NCBI GenBank assembly: GCA_903850915.1
Contig: CAINMV010000024.1
Coordinates: 87,577 to 151,576, forward strand
Direction: 5' to 3'
Source of the DNA: an uncultured Bacteroidota bacterium
GTDB lineage: Bacteria > Bacteroidota > Bacteroidia > UKL13-3
Length of the DNA: 64,000 nucleotides
Shown here: positions 1 through 10,707 of the stretch, piece by piece
Layout: every line of letters begins with the position of its first letter
How positions within the stretch are numbered: position 1 is the first letter of the stretch
Program-made: the position numbers and the translations under genes
The notes under the pieces: model-generated
Database searches by the model: none
What the model was told of the DNA's origin: nothing
The model's input: the letters and a program-made list of their open reading frames with translations, nothing else

Positions 1-147
1 CACAAGATGAGTAAGTCCAAGTTGCTTTATTCTTCTAAGACGCTGAAACCATGGATGTTCCATGAGTTCAAACACTAAATTATAGGGTATTTTAATAAAT
101 CCGTAAACCGGATCATTGATGATTTTATTTCTATTTTGCGGCATCAT
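1..147 (-). CDS. HD-domain phosphohydrolase (dNTP triphosphohydrolase-like), N-terminal fragment running off the window edge
   Basis: Not in the ORF track because it is too short. The reverse strand from ATGATG at 147..142 reads MMPQNRNKIINDPVYGFIKIPYNLVFELMEHPWFQRLRRIKQLGLTHLV with no stop before position 1. The INDPVYGFI...FQRLRRIKQLG pattern is the typical N-terminus of bacterial HD-domain proteins. Confidence 0.6.
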   Translation of the reverse strand, partial: MMPQNRNKIINDPVYGFIKIPYNLVFELMEHPWFQRLRRIKQLGLTHLV

Positions 148-1630
148 TGTTTTTCAAAGAATCTAATCGATAGGCAAAGATATTATAATCATTACTAAGT
201 AACACCGCATTAAATTTTTCTTGAATTAATATATTCATGTTTGTTTCAGAAACCATCACTGAATCGCCCGGTATTAACTGACTAAAAACCACGGCTTCAA
301 CCCGTTGTCCTTTTTTTTCAAGCTGTTGAATATAAAATGTATGATGCGGAACATACAGATCACCACTTAGAATTTTATATCCATCTAAATTTCTGTTGGC
401 TTTATTACTTTGTTGCAGGAAATTTGCCATCGTATAAAAATATTTTTCGTTTGCCGATTCTTGCGGATCAATAATAATATCCTTTACAGCAATACATCCT
501 AGCAATCCTAAAGACAATAATATGGCGAATGTCATTGCCATAGAATACACTTTCCGATAATCTGAAGATTCCATCATTTCAATAATCCAATAAAAGAAAG
601 TGGCACAAATAACAATCACAAAAACATACATCTGAGAATCATACCAAAATAGCTTTGTTGCAGAATTGCTGATAATTAGGAAATACCCAGCCATCATAAA
701 TGCACTAAAGATGCCAACCTTACGAACCATAAAATTGCGTGTCATAAAAACACTCGCCAACCCTAAGGGTAATATCCACCAGTAATTAGAAAACCACTTA
801 GAATAAAAATTTATAGCATAAAACCAAAATCCTTCGCTATGACCTTGAACAGTATTAAAATATAAAGAGCATATTTCTGCTTTATAAACCAGCGCCACAT
901 AACCCGGTTGATAGTAATTTCTGACTCCATAATATGCGATGGTAAGAAACAAAAAAACAGCAAATCCTAAAAATGTGTGTTTCGATTTAAGCAACTGTAA
1001 TAGTTTTTTTTGAGAAAAAGCGTAAAGAAAAAGCGGTGGGACAAGAAGCAATCCAGCAATACCTTTCATGGAGACAGCAAGAAAAAAAAGGAGGCACGTG
1101 AGATACCAAAACACTTTTTTGTTTTCATGCAGAAAGATAAAGAAACTTAATGCTGCCATTACACCAAAAGCAGCCACAGGAGCATCATAATCTGCAGTGC
1201 GCGCCACATGGTTGCGAATGAGTGCTTGGCTTCCAAAGAGTAAAATACCTGAAATAAGTGCCGTATTAAAACGTTTAAAGTAGAACCATACAAAAAACAT
1301 CATGGCTATACCCAGCAGATAGGCCGAAGCGGCCGCAGGAAAACGCAGCGCAAATTCATTAATCCCAAAAAACTTCATGGAAATAACCTCAAGAACAATA
1401 AAAACAGAGGGCTTAGTACCAAATACATCAGGCAAACCATTAAATGTTGGGATCCAATATTGATGATTATAGTACATTTCGTAAGCGTTTTGCGCTTGGC
1501 GAGCCTCGTCCCAAATTCGTAAAGGCAAATTCCCCAAATCATTAAAACAAGGCCAAATTGGCAATGCCAAAAGAAGTAATCCTTTGAGCAGATTACGAAA
1601 AAAGCGTTTTTTAATGATAATCGAATCCAT
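131..1630 (-). CDS. GT-C fold glycosyltransferase, family 39/83 (ArnT / PMT-like) polytopic membrane protein
   Basis: 499-aa ORF with many hydrophobic helices. The N-terminal loop and overall layout resemble ArnT/dolichyl-phosphate-mannose-type transferases (PMT_2-like). Confidence 0.65.
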   Translation of the reverse strand: MDSIIIKKRFFRNLLKGLLLLALPIWPCFNDLGNLPLRIWDEARQAQNAYEMYYNHQYWIPTFNGLPDVFGTKPSVFIVLEVISMKFFGINEFALRFPAAASAYLLGIAMMFFVWFYFKRFNTALISGILLFGSQALIRNHVARTADYDAPVAAFGVMAALSFFIFLHENKKVFWYLTCLLFFLAVSMKGIAGLLLVPPLFLYAFSQKKLLQLLKSKHTFLGFAVFLFLTIAYYGVRNYYQPGYVALVYKAEICSLYFNTVQGHSEGFWFYAINFYSKWFSNYWWILPLGLASVFMTRNFMVRKVGIFSAFMMAGYFLIISNSATKLFWYDSQMYVFVIVICATFFYWIIEMMESSDYRKVYSMAMTFAILLSLGLLGCIAVKDIIIDPQESANEKYFYTMANFLQQSNKANRNLDGYKILSGDLYVPHHTFYIQQLEKKGQRVEAVVFSQLIPGDSVMVSETNMNILIQEKFNAVLLSNDYNIFAYRLDSLKNNDAAK

Positions 1631-1697
1631 GAAATTGTAACAAAAAGAGCGATTTAATCGTAAACTACAAAAAATATTTTACCAAACATTTCTTTTA

Positions 1698-1705
1698 TAC
1701 CTTTG
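1698..1705 (+). promoter_or_regulatory. Candidate Bacteroidota sigma-A -7 box (TACCTTTG) upstream of porX
   Basis: Exact match to TAnnTTTG, about 70 nt upstream of the porX ATG in an intergenic region. Confidence 0.4.
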
Positions 1706-1774
1706 TATTCTGCTAGAATGAAACATCTGTACCCAATTTTTTAATTAATTTTTTACTTTCAATTTTTATTAAAC

Positions 1775-3331
1775 ATGAACAAAATTCAATTGCTTTGGGC
1801 TGATGATGAAATCGATTTGCTAAAACCACATATCATTTTCTTAACCGGGAAAGGCTATGATGTAACTACCGTAACAAATGGCAAAGATGCCTTAGAAGAA
1901 ACAAAAAAGAAAAGTTTCGATGCTATTTTGTTGGACGAAAATATGCCTGGTATAAGTGGCCTGGAAACATTGACTCAGATTAAAGCTGCAAATCCTGATG
2001 CTAAGGTCATTATGATTACCAAAAGCGAAGAGGAGAGCATTATGGAAGATGCTATTGGCAGCAAAATTGATGATTATCTTATTAAACCTGTCAATCCAAA
2101 TCAAATTCTACTGAGCTTGAAGAAAACCCTTGACAGCAAGCAATTGGTTAGTGAGAAGACAACAAGCAATTACCTGCAAGAATTTCGACAAATTGGAATG
2201 ACGATACAAGATAATTTAAAATTTCAGGAATGGTCGGAGATTTATAAAAAACTTGTTTTTTGGGAGCTTCAACTTCAAGAGAGTCAAGACAAGAGTATGG
2301 AAGAAATATTACTTAGTCAGAAAACAGAGGCAAACAACAATTTCTCTAAGTTTATTGAAAAAAACTATATTAAATTCTTTCAAAAGCAAGACGAGGATAC
2401 CCCTTTAATGAGTAATAACCTCTTTAAAAAGAAGGTATTTCCTTTGCTTGACCAACCAGACCCTGTGTTCTTTATTCTTATAGATAACCTTCGCTACGAT
2501 CAGTGGAAAACAATTCAGCCTGAACTTGCTACTATCTTTAATCTGCAAGCCGAAGAAACCTACATGAGTATTCTTCCAACAGCAACACACTACTGTAGGA
2601 ATAGTATTTTCAGTGGATTGCTACCCACTGAAATGGAGAAGAAATTTCCAAATCTTTGGCAGAATGAAGAAGATGAAGAAGGCAAGAACATGCATGAAGA
2701 GGAGTTTTTGCAAGCCCAGTTGCAATCCAATAATCGTAAAGACATAAAAACCAGCTACACAAAAATTACAACCTTTGATGCTGGTAAAGCTTTGGTAGAC
2801 AACGTCAATAATTTGTTTAAAAACAAGCTAAATATCATCGTATATAATTTTGTAGATATTATTTCCCATGCCCGCACAGAAATGAATGTAATTCGTGAAT
2901 TGGCTGACGATGAGGCGGCATATCGTTCTCTCACTTTAAGTTGGTTTAGACACTCTCCCCTATTTGAAGTGTTGCAAAAAATTGCAGAGAAGAAAGTGAA
3001 ATTGGTTATTACGACAGACCATGGTAGCGTTCGGGTTCATAATCCAGTAAAAATTATTGGCGACAAAAACACAAATAGCAATCTGCGTTATAAAACGGCA
3101 AAAAACCTGGCCTTCGACAAAACAGAAGCCTTTGAAATTAAAAATCCATATGAAGTGTCGCTGCCTATTTTACATATGAGTAGCACCTATGCTTTTTGCA
3201 AAAACAATGATTTCTTTGCGTACCCGAACAACTATAATTACTATGCCAATTATTACAGAAACACCTTCCAACATGGCGGCATAAGTATGGAGGAGATGAT
3301 TATTCCTTTTATAGTAATGCAAAGCAAATAA
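1775..3331 (+). CDS. porX: T9SS response regulator PorX (CheY receiver + PglZ/alkaline-phosphatase-like domain)
   Basis: 518 aa. The N-terminal receiver reads LLWADDEIDLL...ILLDENMPGISGLE...KPV. It is followed by a large PglZ-type domain (FILIDNLRYDQW, TTDHGS). Length and architecture match PorX. Confidence 0.8.
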   Translation: MNKIQLLWADDEIDLLKPHIIFLTGKGYDVTTVTNGKDALEETKKKSFDAILLDENMPGISGLETLTQIKAANPDAKVIMITKSEEESIMEDAIGSKIDDYLIKPVNPNQILLSLKKTLDSKQLVSEKTTSNYLQEFRQIGMTIQDNLKFQEWSEIYKKLVFWELQLQESQDKSMEEILLSQKTEANNNFSKFIEKNYIKFFQKQDEDTPLMSNNLFKKKVFPLLDQPDPVFFILIDNLRYDQWKTIQPELATIFNLQAEETYMSILPTATHYCRNSIFSGLLPTEMEKKFPNLWQNEEDEEGKNMHEEEFLQAQLQSNNRKDIKTSYTKITTFDAGKALVDNVNNLFKNKLNIIVYNFVDIISHARTEMNVIRELADDEAAYRSLTLSWFRHSPLFEVLQKIAEKKVKLVITTDHGSVRVHNPVKIIGDKNTNSNLRYKTAKNLAFDKTEAFEIKNPYEVSLPILHMSSTYAFCKNNDFFAYPNNYNYYANYYRNTFQHGGISMEEMIIPFIVMQSK

Positions 3332-3403
3332 GAAGGTATTTCGAATTTTAAAAAGAGAATGGTTCCCCATATTTGGATAGATTTAAGTGTTCTTTTTGAC
3401 TCG

Positions 3404-3874
3404 CTAATCCGGTTTTGTGCGCGTTATTAAGTTGTGTTGGTAAACCTCGATCCATTTTTGAGGTGTCATTTTAGAAACTAATTCACCTATTAGTTCAAAA
3501 GGGATTTGCTCCATCTTTTTTAAACGAATACATGATTTCCCCATATCGAGTTTTGCCTTGCAATGTTTCGGATATTCGTCAACAAACCAATCTAAAAGGC
3601 TGTTGGTGCAATATAAGCCCATGTGATAAACAGCAATAAAGTTTTTTTGTGAAGCGATATTAATAAATGGTAGTGGCAACTTCGGATCGCAATGATAGCC
3701 TGCAGGAAATGTAGAATGTGGCACCACATAACCTATCATACCGTAACCCATTACCTCCTCGAAACCCTTAGGCAGATTGGCTAGAATGACTTTCCTTAAT
3801 TTTGTCATTGCCAATTGCCTTTCAATTGGAAGGCTTTTAATATATTCGTTTACTGTGAGGGCTTTGGATTGCAT
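3404..3874 (-). CDS. DUF1801 (YdhG-like) domain protein
   Basis: The ORF track gives 3404..3913. I prefer the internal ATG at 3874 (MQSKALTVNEYIKSLP...), which gives the usual roughly 155-aa DUF1801 layout. Confidence 0.55.
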   Translation of the reverse strand: MQSKALTVNEYIKSLPIERQLAMTKLRKVILANLPKGFEEVMGYGMIGYVVPHSTFPAGYHCDPKLPLPFINIASQKNFIAVYHMGLYCTNSLLDWFVDEYPKHCKAKLDMGKSCIRLKKMEQIPFELIGELVSKMTPQKWIEVYQHNLITRTKPD

Positions 3875-3977
3875 TGTGTAGATTTTAAATTTCGAATTTA
3901 CAATAAAAAGCAATTTTAATTAAATACCTTGCACAAAGCCTGGCATTTCACGAGATTTACGGCCTAATTAAGAAAAC

Positions 3978-6092
3978 TTGCAACAGCACGATTATATCCA
4001 AACCCATTCTGGACTCTCATCAGTAGCAGTTTCCAATACATTAAAATTAATTTTGGATGGTGCTACAGTGCCTTTTATTGCGCGCTATCGCAAAGAAATG
4101 ACCCATGGCCTTGATGAGCTTGCAATTGCTCTAATCCGAGACCTTGCAAAAAAATATGATGACACTATTTCCCGCCAAAAAACAATTATCCAAGCAATAC
4201 AGGAGCAAGGTAAATTAACGCCAGAACTTCACAACAAAATCAACACTTGTTTTGATACGGTTCTTCTTGAAGATATTTATCTTCCATACAAACAAAAAAG
4301 ACAAACTAAAGGAGACAAGGCTAAAAAGCTTGGATTAGAGCCGTTGGCTAAAATGATAATGGCGCAGCGAGGTGGCAATCCAGAAACGATGGCCGAAAAA
4401 TTTATTAGAGGAGAAGTGCTCGACGAACATATGGCGATTGAAGGGGCAAAAGATATTATGGCCGAATGGATTAATGAAAATACATCCGCCCGTGCTCGAT
4501 TGCGTCAACTTTTTCAACGCAAATCCATACTTACCTCCAAGCTTGTTAAAGGGAAAGAACTGGCAGGTGCCAAATACCGTGATTATTTTGAATTTTCCGA
4601 GCCCATTTACAAATGTGCTTCACATAGAGTGCTGGCATTAATAAGAGCCGAGAGGGAAGGCTTTATCACGTTAAAAGCAAATCCTGAACAACAGGAGGCA
4701 TTAGACATACTAGAACGTTTTTTTGTACGCGACGAAGATCGCTGCGCACAGGTGGTGGCCGAAGCATGCAAAGAATCTTATAAACGATTAATTTGTCCTT
4801 CTTTGGAGAACGAAATCATGAGCGATGCAAAGGATAAAGCGGATAAAGAAGCGATAAAACTTTTCACAGTCAACTTACGTCAGTTGCTTTTAGCTCCGCC
4901 TCTTGGGGCGAAACGAATCCTTGCGCTTGATCCTGGTTTCCGCACTGGCTGTAAAGTGGTTTGTTTGGACGAGCAAGGTGAACTTCTTGCTCATCAAACT
5001 ATTTATCCTCATCCCCCACAAAATGAAGGTTTAGCCGCCCGAAACGCTATTATTAATTTAGTAAAACAACATAAAATTGATGTGGTTGCCATTGGCGATG
5101 GAACTGCTGGAAGAGAAACCGAGACTTTTATTACCCAGATCCCATTCGAGCGTGAAATTTCATGTTATATGGTGCGTGAAGATGGCGCCTCAATATACTC
5201 AGCTAGTGGCATTGCTAGAAAAGAATTCCCTCAACACGACATCACGGTTAGGGGATCTGTTTCGATTGGACGCCGATTAATGGATCCATTGAGTGAACTT
5301 GTAAAAATAGACCCGAAATCCTTAGGAATTGGGCAATATCAGCACGACGTAAATCAACCTTGGCTAAAAGCCGCATTAGACGATGTTGTGGTTTCAAGTG
5401 TGAATGCGGTAGGCGTTGATTTAAATACCGCATCGTCATATTTGTTAAGTTATGTGTCGGGGTTGGGTCCAACATTAGCCGAAAACATTATTGCTTACCG
5501 CACCGAACATGGGGGAATACGTTCGCGCGAGGAACTCAAAAAAGTGAAGCGCCTTGGGGATAAAGCTTTTGAACAAGCTGCAGGCTTTTTACGTGTTCGT
5601 CAGGCTGAAAACCCTTTGGACGATTCGGCAGTACATCCAGAAACTTATCCCGTAATTAATGCTATGTCGAAGCAATTAAAGGTAACAATAAAAGAGATAA
5701 TCGGTAATGAAGCATTACTAAAAAGCATAAAAAAAGACGACTTTCCGGAAATAGACCAATATACTTTTGATGATATTATTAAAGAACTTCAAAAACCAGG
5801 ACGCGACCCACGTAAAAAAGCAGAGACCTTTGAATTTGACTCTCGAATCAGAACTATTGATGACTTGTATGTGGGCATGATATTACCTGCTATTGTTACT
5901 AATGTCACTGCCTTTGGCGCTTTTGTGAATCTTGGAATCAAAGAAAACGGGTTAATACATAAGTCGAATCTTGCAGAAACATATGTTGACGACCCTGCAA
6001 AATTTATCTCCTTACATGAACATATTACAATTCAAATTCTAGAGATTGACGAAGAAAGAAAGAGAATTGGGTTAAAACGCCTTATACGTTAA
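3978..6092 (+). CDS. tex: Tex-like transcription accessory protein with C-terminal S1 RNA-binding domain
   Basis: 704 aa. Contains TVPFIARYRKE near the N-terminus, a YqgF/RuvC-like core (LALDPGFRTGCK), HhH repeats, and a C-terminal S1 domain (VGMILPAIVTNVTAFGAFVNLG). A TTG start is inferred. Confidence 0.85.
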   Translation: MQQHDYIQTHSGLSSVAVSNTLKLILDGATVPFIARYRKEMTHGLDELAIALIRDLAKKYDDTISRQKTIIQAIQEQGKLTPELHNKINTCFDTVLLEDIYLPYKQKRQTKGDKAKKLGLEPLAKMIMAQRGGNPETMAEKFIRGEVLDEHMAIEGAKDIMAEWINENTSARARLRQLFQRKSILTSKLVKGKELAGAKYRDYFEFSEPIYKCASHRVLALIRAEREGFITLKANPEQQEALDILERFFVRDEDRCAQVVAEACKESYKRLICPSLENEIMSDAKDKADKEAIKLFTVNLRQLLLAPPLGAKRILALDPGFRTGCKVVCLDEQGELLAHQTIYPHPPQNEGLAARNAIINLVKQHKIDVVAIGDGTAGRETETFITQIPFEREISCYMVREDGASIYSASGIARKEFPQHDITVRGSVSIGRRLMDPLSELVKIDPKSLGIGQYQHDVNQPWLKAALDDVVVSSVNAVGVDLNTASSYLLSYVSGLGPTLAENIIAYRTEHGGIRSREELKKVKRLGDKAFEQAAGFLRVRQAENPLDDSAVHPETYPVINAMSKQLKVTIKEIIGNEALLKSIKKDDFPEIDQYTFDDIIKELQKPGRDPRKKAETFEFDSRIRTIDDLYVGMILPAIVTNVTAFGAFVNLGIKENGLIHKSNLAETYVDDPAKFISLHEHITIQILEIDEERKRIGLKRLIR

Positions 6093-6187
6093 TTTGAAAC
6101 GGTAATTTTCTATCATTGCTCATTTTTTTTATCCCAATCTTTCCCACCAATAAAAACTGATCGAAGCAAAAGTAGTAACTTCGCGCC

Positions 6188-8410
6188 ATGTCTTCAACTA
6201 CTGCGCCTTTAGCCACCCTAGAACAAGCCCAGAAATTGGGTATCCGCCCTGACGAATTTGAAAAAATAAAAGAAATCCTCGGACGCACCCCAAACTTCAC
6301 CGAACTAAGTATCTATAGTGTAATGTGGAGTGAACATTGTAGTTACAAAAATAGTATCGTATGGCTAAAAACCTTACCAAAAAAAGGACCTAAGATGCTT
6401 GCAGAAGCTGGCGAAGAAAATGCCGGTTTAATTGACATCGGCGATGGACTTGCCGTTTGTTTTAAAATTGAGTCACACAACCATCCAAGCGCCATAGAAC
6501 CCTATCAAGGCGCAGCTACCGGTGTGGGCGGTATCAATAGAGATATATTTACAATGGGAGCCCGTCCTATTGCACAACTTAACTCCCTGCGCTTTGGTAA
6601 GCTAAGCGAAGACAAAACTAAATGGCTTTTGAAAGGGGTTGTTAAAGGTATCGGAGATTATGGCAATGCCTTCGGAATTCCTACTGTAGGAGGTGAAGTT
6701 TATTTTGATGAATGCTACCATATTAACCCACTGGTGAATGCTATGAGTGTTGGTATTGCGCAGGTTGGAAAAACAGCAAGTGCCACCTCTTATGGTGTTG
6801 GAAATCCCGTTTATATAATTGGCTCTGCCACTGGAAAAGATGGAATACATGGTGCTTCCTTCGCATCGAAAGATATTACCGAAGATAGTGCCAAAGATTT
6901 ACCAAGCGTTCAGGTAGGCGACCCGTTTGCTGAGAAGTTACTTTTAGAAGCCACACTAGAAATTATTGAAACTGGGGCCACCATTGGAATACAAGATATG
7001 GGGGCAGCAGGCATTACCTGTTCGACGAGCGAGATGAGTGCTAAAGGAGAACATGGTATGATAATATATTTAGACAAAGTTCCGATGCGCCAAAAGGGAA
7101 TGGTGCCATTTGAAATATTATTAAGCGAAAGTCAGGAACGCATGCTAATGGTCATAAAGAAAGGACGGGAATCAGAGGTGGAAAATATTCTTAATAAATG
7201 GGATATTTCATTTGCCGAGATTGGTGAAGTTACAGCCGGAGATCGTTTACAGTATTTTTTTAATGGCGAACTTGTTGGCGATGTTCCGGCCCAGAGTCTA
7301 GTATTGGGGGGAGGGGCGCCTGTTTATCATCGTGAATACACTGCTCCAAAATATTTTGAAGAGATTGAAAAATTTAAAGCCTCCAACATTGCAATACCCT
7401 CAGATTTGCAAGCTGTAGCCAACTTCTTATTACAACACCCCAATATTGCTAGTAAACGTTGGATATATAATCAATATGATAGTATGGTAGGCACCATAAA
7501 CCAAACCACAAACCAACCTGCGGATGCAGGCGTTGTTAAGGTTAGAGGCACCAACAAGTCGCTTGCTATGAGTGTAGATTGTAATAGTCGTTTTGTATTT
7601 GCAAACCCAGAAGTTGGAGGCATGATTGCAGTTGCTGAATGTGCTCGTAATATTGTTTGTGCCGGCGGTGATCCGGCGGCCATCACCAACTGTTTAAATT
7701 TCGGAAACCCCTATAATCCAGAGGTTTATTATCAATTTGTACATGCTATAAAAGGTATTAGCTCTGCCTGCCTTAAGTTTAATACTCCTGTTACCGGTGG
7801 AAACGTGAGTTTTTACAATCAGAGCTCAGATAACGATGCCGTATTTCCAACTCCAACCATTGGCATGGTAGGTATTATTGAAGATGGAAGAACTCATACG
7901 CCGCTTGGCTTTCAGCATGAAGGCGATTACATAGTAATGGTAGGTAAAACTCAAAATGACATCTGTTCTTCGCAATACCTAGCACACTACCACAATGTAA
8001 AATTTTCACCTGCTCCGTATTTTAATTTAGATGAAGAATTCGAAATTCAAAACGCTGTACTTTGCGCAATAAAAGGAGGACTAGTAAATAGTGCTCATGA
8101 CGTTACAGAAGGTGGCTTATTTGTGACCTTATGTGAAAGCGCTTTTATTAATAATTTGGGATTTGATGTAAATATTAACGATGGATTCCGAATGGATGCT
8201 TCTTTATTTGGCGAAAGCCAAAGTCGTATTGTGTTAAGTATTTCGACCAAAAAAATAGAAGATTTAAAGTTGGCACTTAATAAAACACCATATTTCATCT
8301 TAGGAAATGTAAAAGGTACTAATGCGCATATTAATGGCATTGATTTTGGAGAAATCACAACACTTAGAAAAATCCATGCTGAGAGCATTGGTAATATAAT
8401 GGCCAATTAA
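6188..8410 (+). CDS. purL: Phosphoribosylformylglycinamidine synthase subunit PurL (FGAM synthase II)
   Basis: 740 aa. Contains the motifs [15 protein letters not shown] and GGINRD typical of small-type PurL. Confidence 0.9.
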   Translation: MSSTTAPLATLEQAQKLGIRPDEFEKIKEILGRTPNFTELSIYSVMWSEHCSYKNSIVWLKTLPKKGPKMLAEAGEENAGLIDIGDGLAVCFKIESHNHPSAIEPYQGAATGVGGINRDIFTMGARPIAQLNSLRFGKLSEDKTKWLLKGVVKGIGDYGNAFGIPTVGGEVYFDECYHINPLVNAMSVGIAQVGKTASATSYGVGNPVYIIGSATGKDGIHGASFASKDITEDSAKDLPSVQVGDPFAEKLLLEATLEIIETGATIGIQDMGAAGITCSTSEMSAKGEHGMIIYLDKVPMRQKGMVPFEILLSESQERMLMVIKKGRESEVENILNKWDISFAEIGEVTAGDRLQYFFNGELVGDVPAQSLVLGGGAPVYHREYTAPKYFEEIEKFKASNIAIPSDLQAVANFLLQHPNIASKRWIYNQYDSMVGTINQTTNQPADAGVVKVRGTNKSLAMSVDCNSRFVFANPEVGGMIAVAECARNIVCAGGDPAAITNCLNFGNPYNPEVYYQFVHAIKGISSACLKFNTPVTGGNVSFYNQSSDNDAVFPTPTIGMVGIIEDGRTHTPLGFQHEGDYIVMVGKTQNDICSSQYLAHYHNVKFSPAPYFNLDEEFEIQNAVLCAIKGGLVNSAHDVTEGGLFVTLCESAFINNLGFDVNINDGFRMDASLFGESQSRIVLSISTKKIEDLKLALNKTPYFILGNVKGTNAHINGIDFGEITTLRKIHAESIGNIMAN

Positions 8411-8480
8411 GATAAAAATCATCTTGTAGTTATTCTATATTACAAGTATTTTCGCAACCTATAATATTTCACTCAAACCT

Positions 8481-9620
8481 ATGGATTTCCAATTAACCGA
8501 AGAGCAAATAGCCATTCAACAAGCAGCCCGTGAATTTACACAGAAAGAACTCTTACCTGGTGTTATAGAAAGAGATAACGAACAAAAGTTTCCTTATGAG
8601 CAAATAAAAAAACTTGGTGAGTTGGGCTTTATGGGCATCATGGTTGATCCGCAATACGGAGGAGCTGGGATGGATACTGTTAGCTATGTATTGGCAATGG
8701 AAGAAATCAGCAAGGTGGATGCCTCTGCATCCGTTGTTGTTTCAGTAAATAACTCCTTAGTTTGCTGGGGACTAGAGACATACGGTAGTGAAGAACAAAA
8801 ACTAAAATATTTAGTGCCTTTGGCATCCGGACAAGTACATGGTGCTTTTATGCTAAGCGAACCAGAAGCAGGCAGCGATGCCACATCGCAGCGTACTATT
8901 GCCGAAGATAAAGGCGACTACTATTTGCTTAATGGAACAAAAAATTGGATTACCAACGGCAATTCAGCAACCTATTATTTGGTGATTGCTCAAACCCACG
9001 TGGATAAGAAACATAAAGGAATCAATGCCTTCATTGTAGAGAAAAATTGGGAAGGTGTGGTTATAGGAAGAAAAGAAGATAAAATGGGAATCCGTGGAAG
9101 TGATACTCATAGTATTATGTTCCAAGATGTAAAAATTCCAAAAGAGAATCGAATTGGAGAAGATGGCTTTGGATTTAAATTCGCCATGTCTGTTTTAGCT
9201 GGAGGCCGCATAGGAATTGCCGCACAGGCACTTGGCATTGCAAGTGGAGCTTATGAGCTTTCGTTGAAATATGCGAAAGAACGTAAAGCCTTTGGCACTG
9301 AAATTATGAACCACCAGGCCATTCAATTCAAGCTTGCCGATATGGCAACAGAAATTGAAGCCGCTCGTTTGCTAATAATGAAAGCAGCGTATTTAAAAGA
9401 TCAGCATGAAGATTACGCTGTAGCAAGTAGCATGGCAAAAGTATTTGCAAGTGAAGTGGCTATGAAGACCACTATAGAAGCTGTTCAGATTCATGGAGGA
9501 TATGGCTATGTCAAAGAATTTCATGTAGAACGACTAATGCGAGATGCTAAAATCACACAAATTTACGAAGGAACAAGTGAAGTACAGCGAATTGTAATTG
9601 GTAGAAGTATTTTAAAATAG
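8481..9620 (+). CDS. Acyl-CoA dehydrogenase (short/butyryl-chain type)
   Basis: 379 aa. Contains the LSEPEAGSDA motif and the C-terminal QIYEGTSEVQRIVIGR signature of the ACAD family. Confidence 0.85.
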   Translation: MDFQLTEEQIAIQQAAREFTQKELLPGVIERDNEQKFPYEQIKKLGELGFMGIMVDPQYGGAGMDTVSYVLAMEEISKVDASASVVVSVNNSLVCWGLETYGSEEQKLKYLVPLASGQVHGAFMLSEPEAGSDATSQRTIAEDKGDYYLLNGTKNWITNGNSATYYLVIAQTHVDKKHKGINAFIVEKNWEGVVIGRKEDKMGIRGSDTHSIMFQDVKIPKENRIGEDGFGFKFAMSVLAGGRIGIAAQALGIASGAYELSLKYAKERKAFGTEIMNHQAIQFKLADMATEIEAARLLIMKAAYLKDQHEDYAVASSMAKVFASEVAMKTTIEAVQIHGGYGYVKEFHVERLMRDAKITQIYEGTSEVQRIVIGRSILK

Positions 9621-9642
9621 CGATTGTAATTCTCCTGACACA

Positions 9643-10362
9643 CTATACCAGAGCATCGTATTTTTCGAGCACCTTTAAGAAGACATCAAAATCCTTGGGA
9701 TAAGGCGCATTCGTAAAATGTAGAGTACCATCAACATCTTTAAATTGCAATGAGTAGGCATGCAATGCCACACGTTGAATCATTGGCCTTTCTGTTTCGT
9801 CAGAGTTATTGAATTTTTTCTTCAACTCCGAAAGAAAAGGCAGCTTCCCTTTATATGTAGTATCCGCAGCGATACTTGCATTTTGAGATGCAAGATGAAT
9901 TCGAATTTGGTGCATCCTACCTGTATAAATCTCGCATTGCATCAGAGTGTAGTGCTTGAATAACTTTAATGTATTAAAAACAGATAATGCCTTTTTCCCA
10001 TCCTGCTTATCAATCTTTACAGTACCTGTACTTGTTTGCTTTATTGGTAAATCCACCACAAGTTTATCAAACCGCTTCGGAGACCCTACTATAGCGTGAT
10101 ATATTTTCTGTACCTCTCTAGCCTCAAATTGCATGGCGGCATTACGATAAGCCTCTGGTGTTTTCGCTATTAATAAAACACCACTAGTCTCCTTATCAAG
10201 ACGATGACAAACTTGCGCGTCTGGCCAATAATTTTTGGCTAAAAACAAAATATTGGTTCCATCACCACGATCCTCCAATGTAGAAATATTTGATGGTTTA
10301 TTGATAACAATATAGTTGTCGTTTTCAAAAACTATTAACGCAGGAAAATTAATAAATGCCAT
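9643..10362 (-). CDS. RluA-family pseudouridine synthase
   Basis: 239 aa with the catalytic HRLDKETSGVLL motif. Confidence 0.8.
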   Translation of the reverse strand: MAFINFPALIVFENDNYIVINKPSNISTLEDRGDGTNILFLAKNYWPDAQVCHRLDKETSGVLLIAKTPEAYRNAAMQFEAREVQKIYHAIVGSPKRFDKLVVDLPIKQTSTGTVKIDKQDGKKALSVFNTLKLFKHYTLMQCEIYTGRMHQIRIHLASQNASIAADTTYKGKLPFLSELKKKFNNSDETERPMIQRVALHAYSLQFKDVDGTLHFTNAPYPKDFDVFLKVLEKYDALV

Positions 10363-10707
10363 AATTCAGTCTGTGAAATTAATCAATATTAATTTGAGGT
10401 ACTATTCCTAATCAGGAAGCAAGTAATATAGAACATTAAACTTAACAATGATTCTTAATTGAATACGCAATTAAGCACCTAAAAACATACACTAAATTGA
10501 TTCAGCTATTTAAAATTAGAGCCTTTAAAATAATGCTTGAAACAGAAAATGCCTCTATCAAACATTGCGCCAAATTTAAAAATAAATTTAACCATGCTGA
10601 TTATCAGCATTATTGTTTTTATAAAAAAGTTCAAATTTAAACTTATTTCAATACAATTTATATTCGTGAAAATAACATCAAAATTTCAAATTTAACCTTC
10701 ATCGCCT

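Noticed and set aside
131-147. 17-nt overlap between the end of the GT39 gene and the start of the HD-domain gene.
   Set aside because: This is an ordinary same-strand operon overlap. I noted it only because the downstream gene is missing from the ORF track.
10630-10695. An 11-nt direct repeat TTCAAATTTAA (10630-10640 and 10685-10695) upstream of rpoD, with a similar string at 24180-24190.
   Set aside because: Low-complexity AT-rich sequence, so chance recurrence is plausible. The reverse complement happens to fit TAnnTTTG, but it points away from rpoD and is far from rluA.
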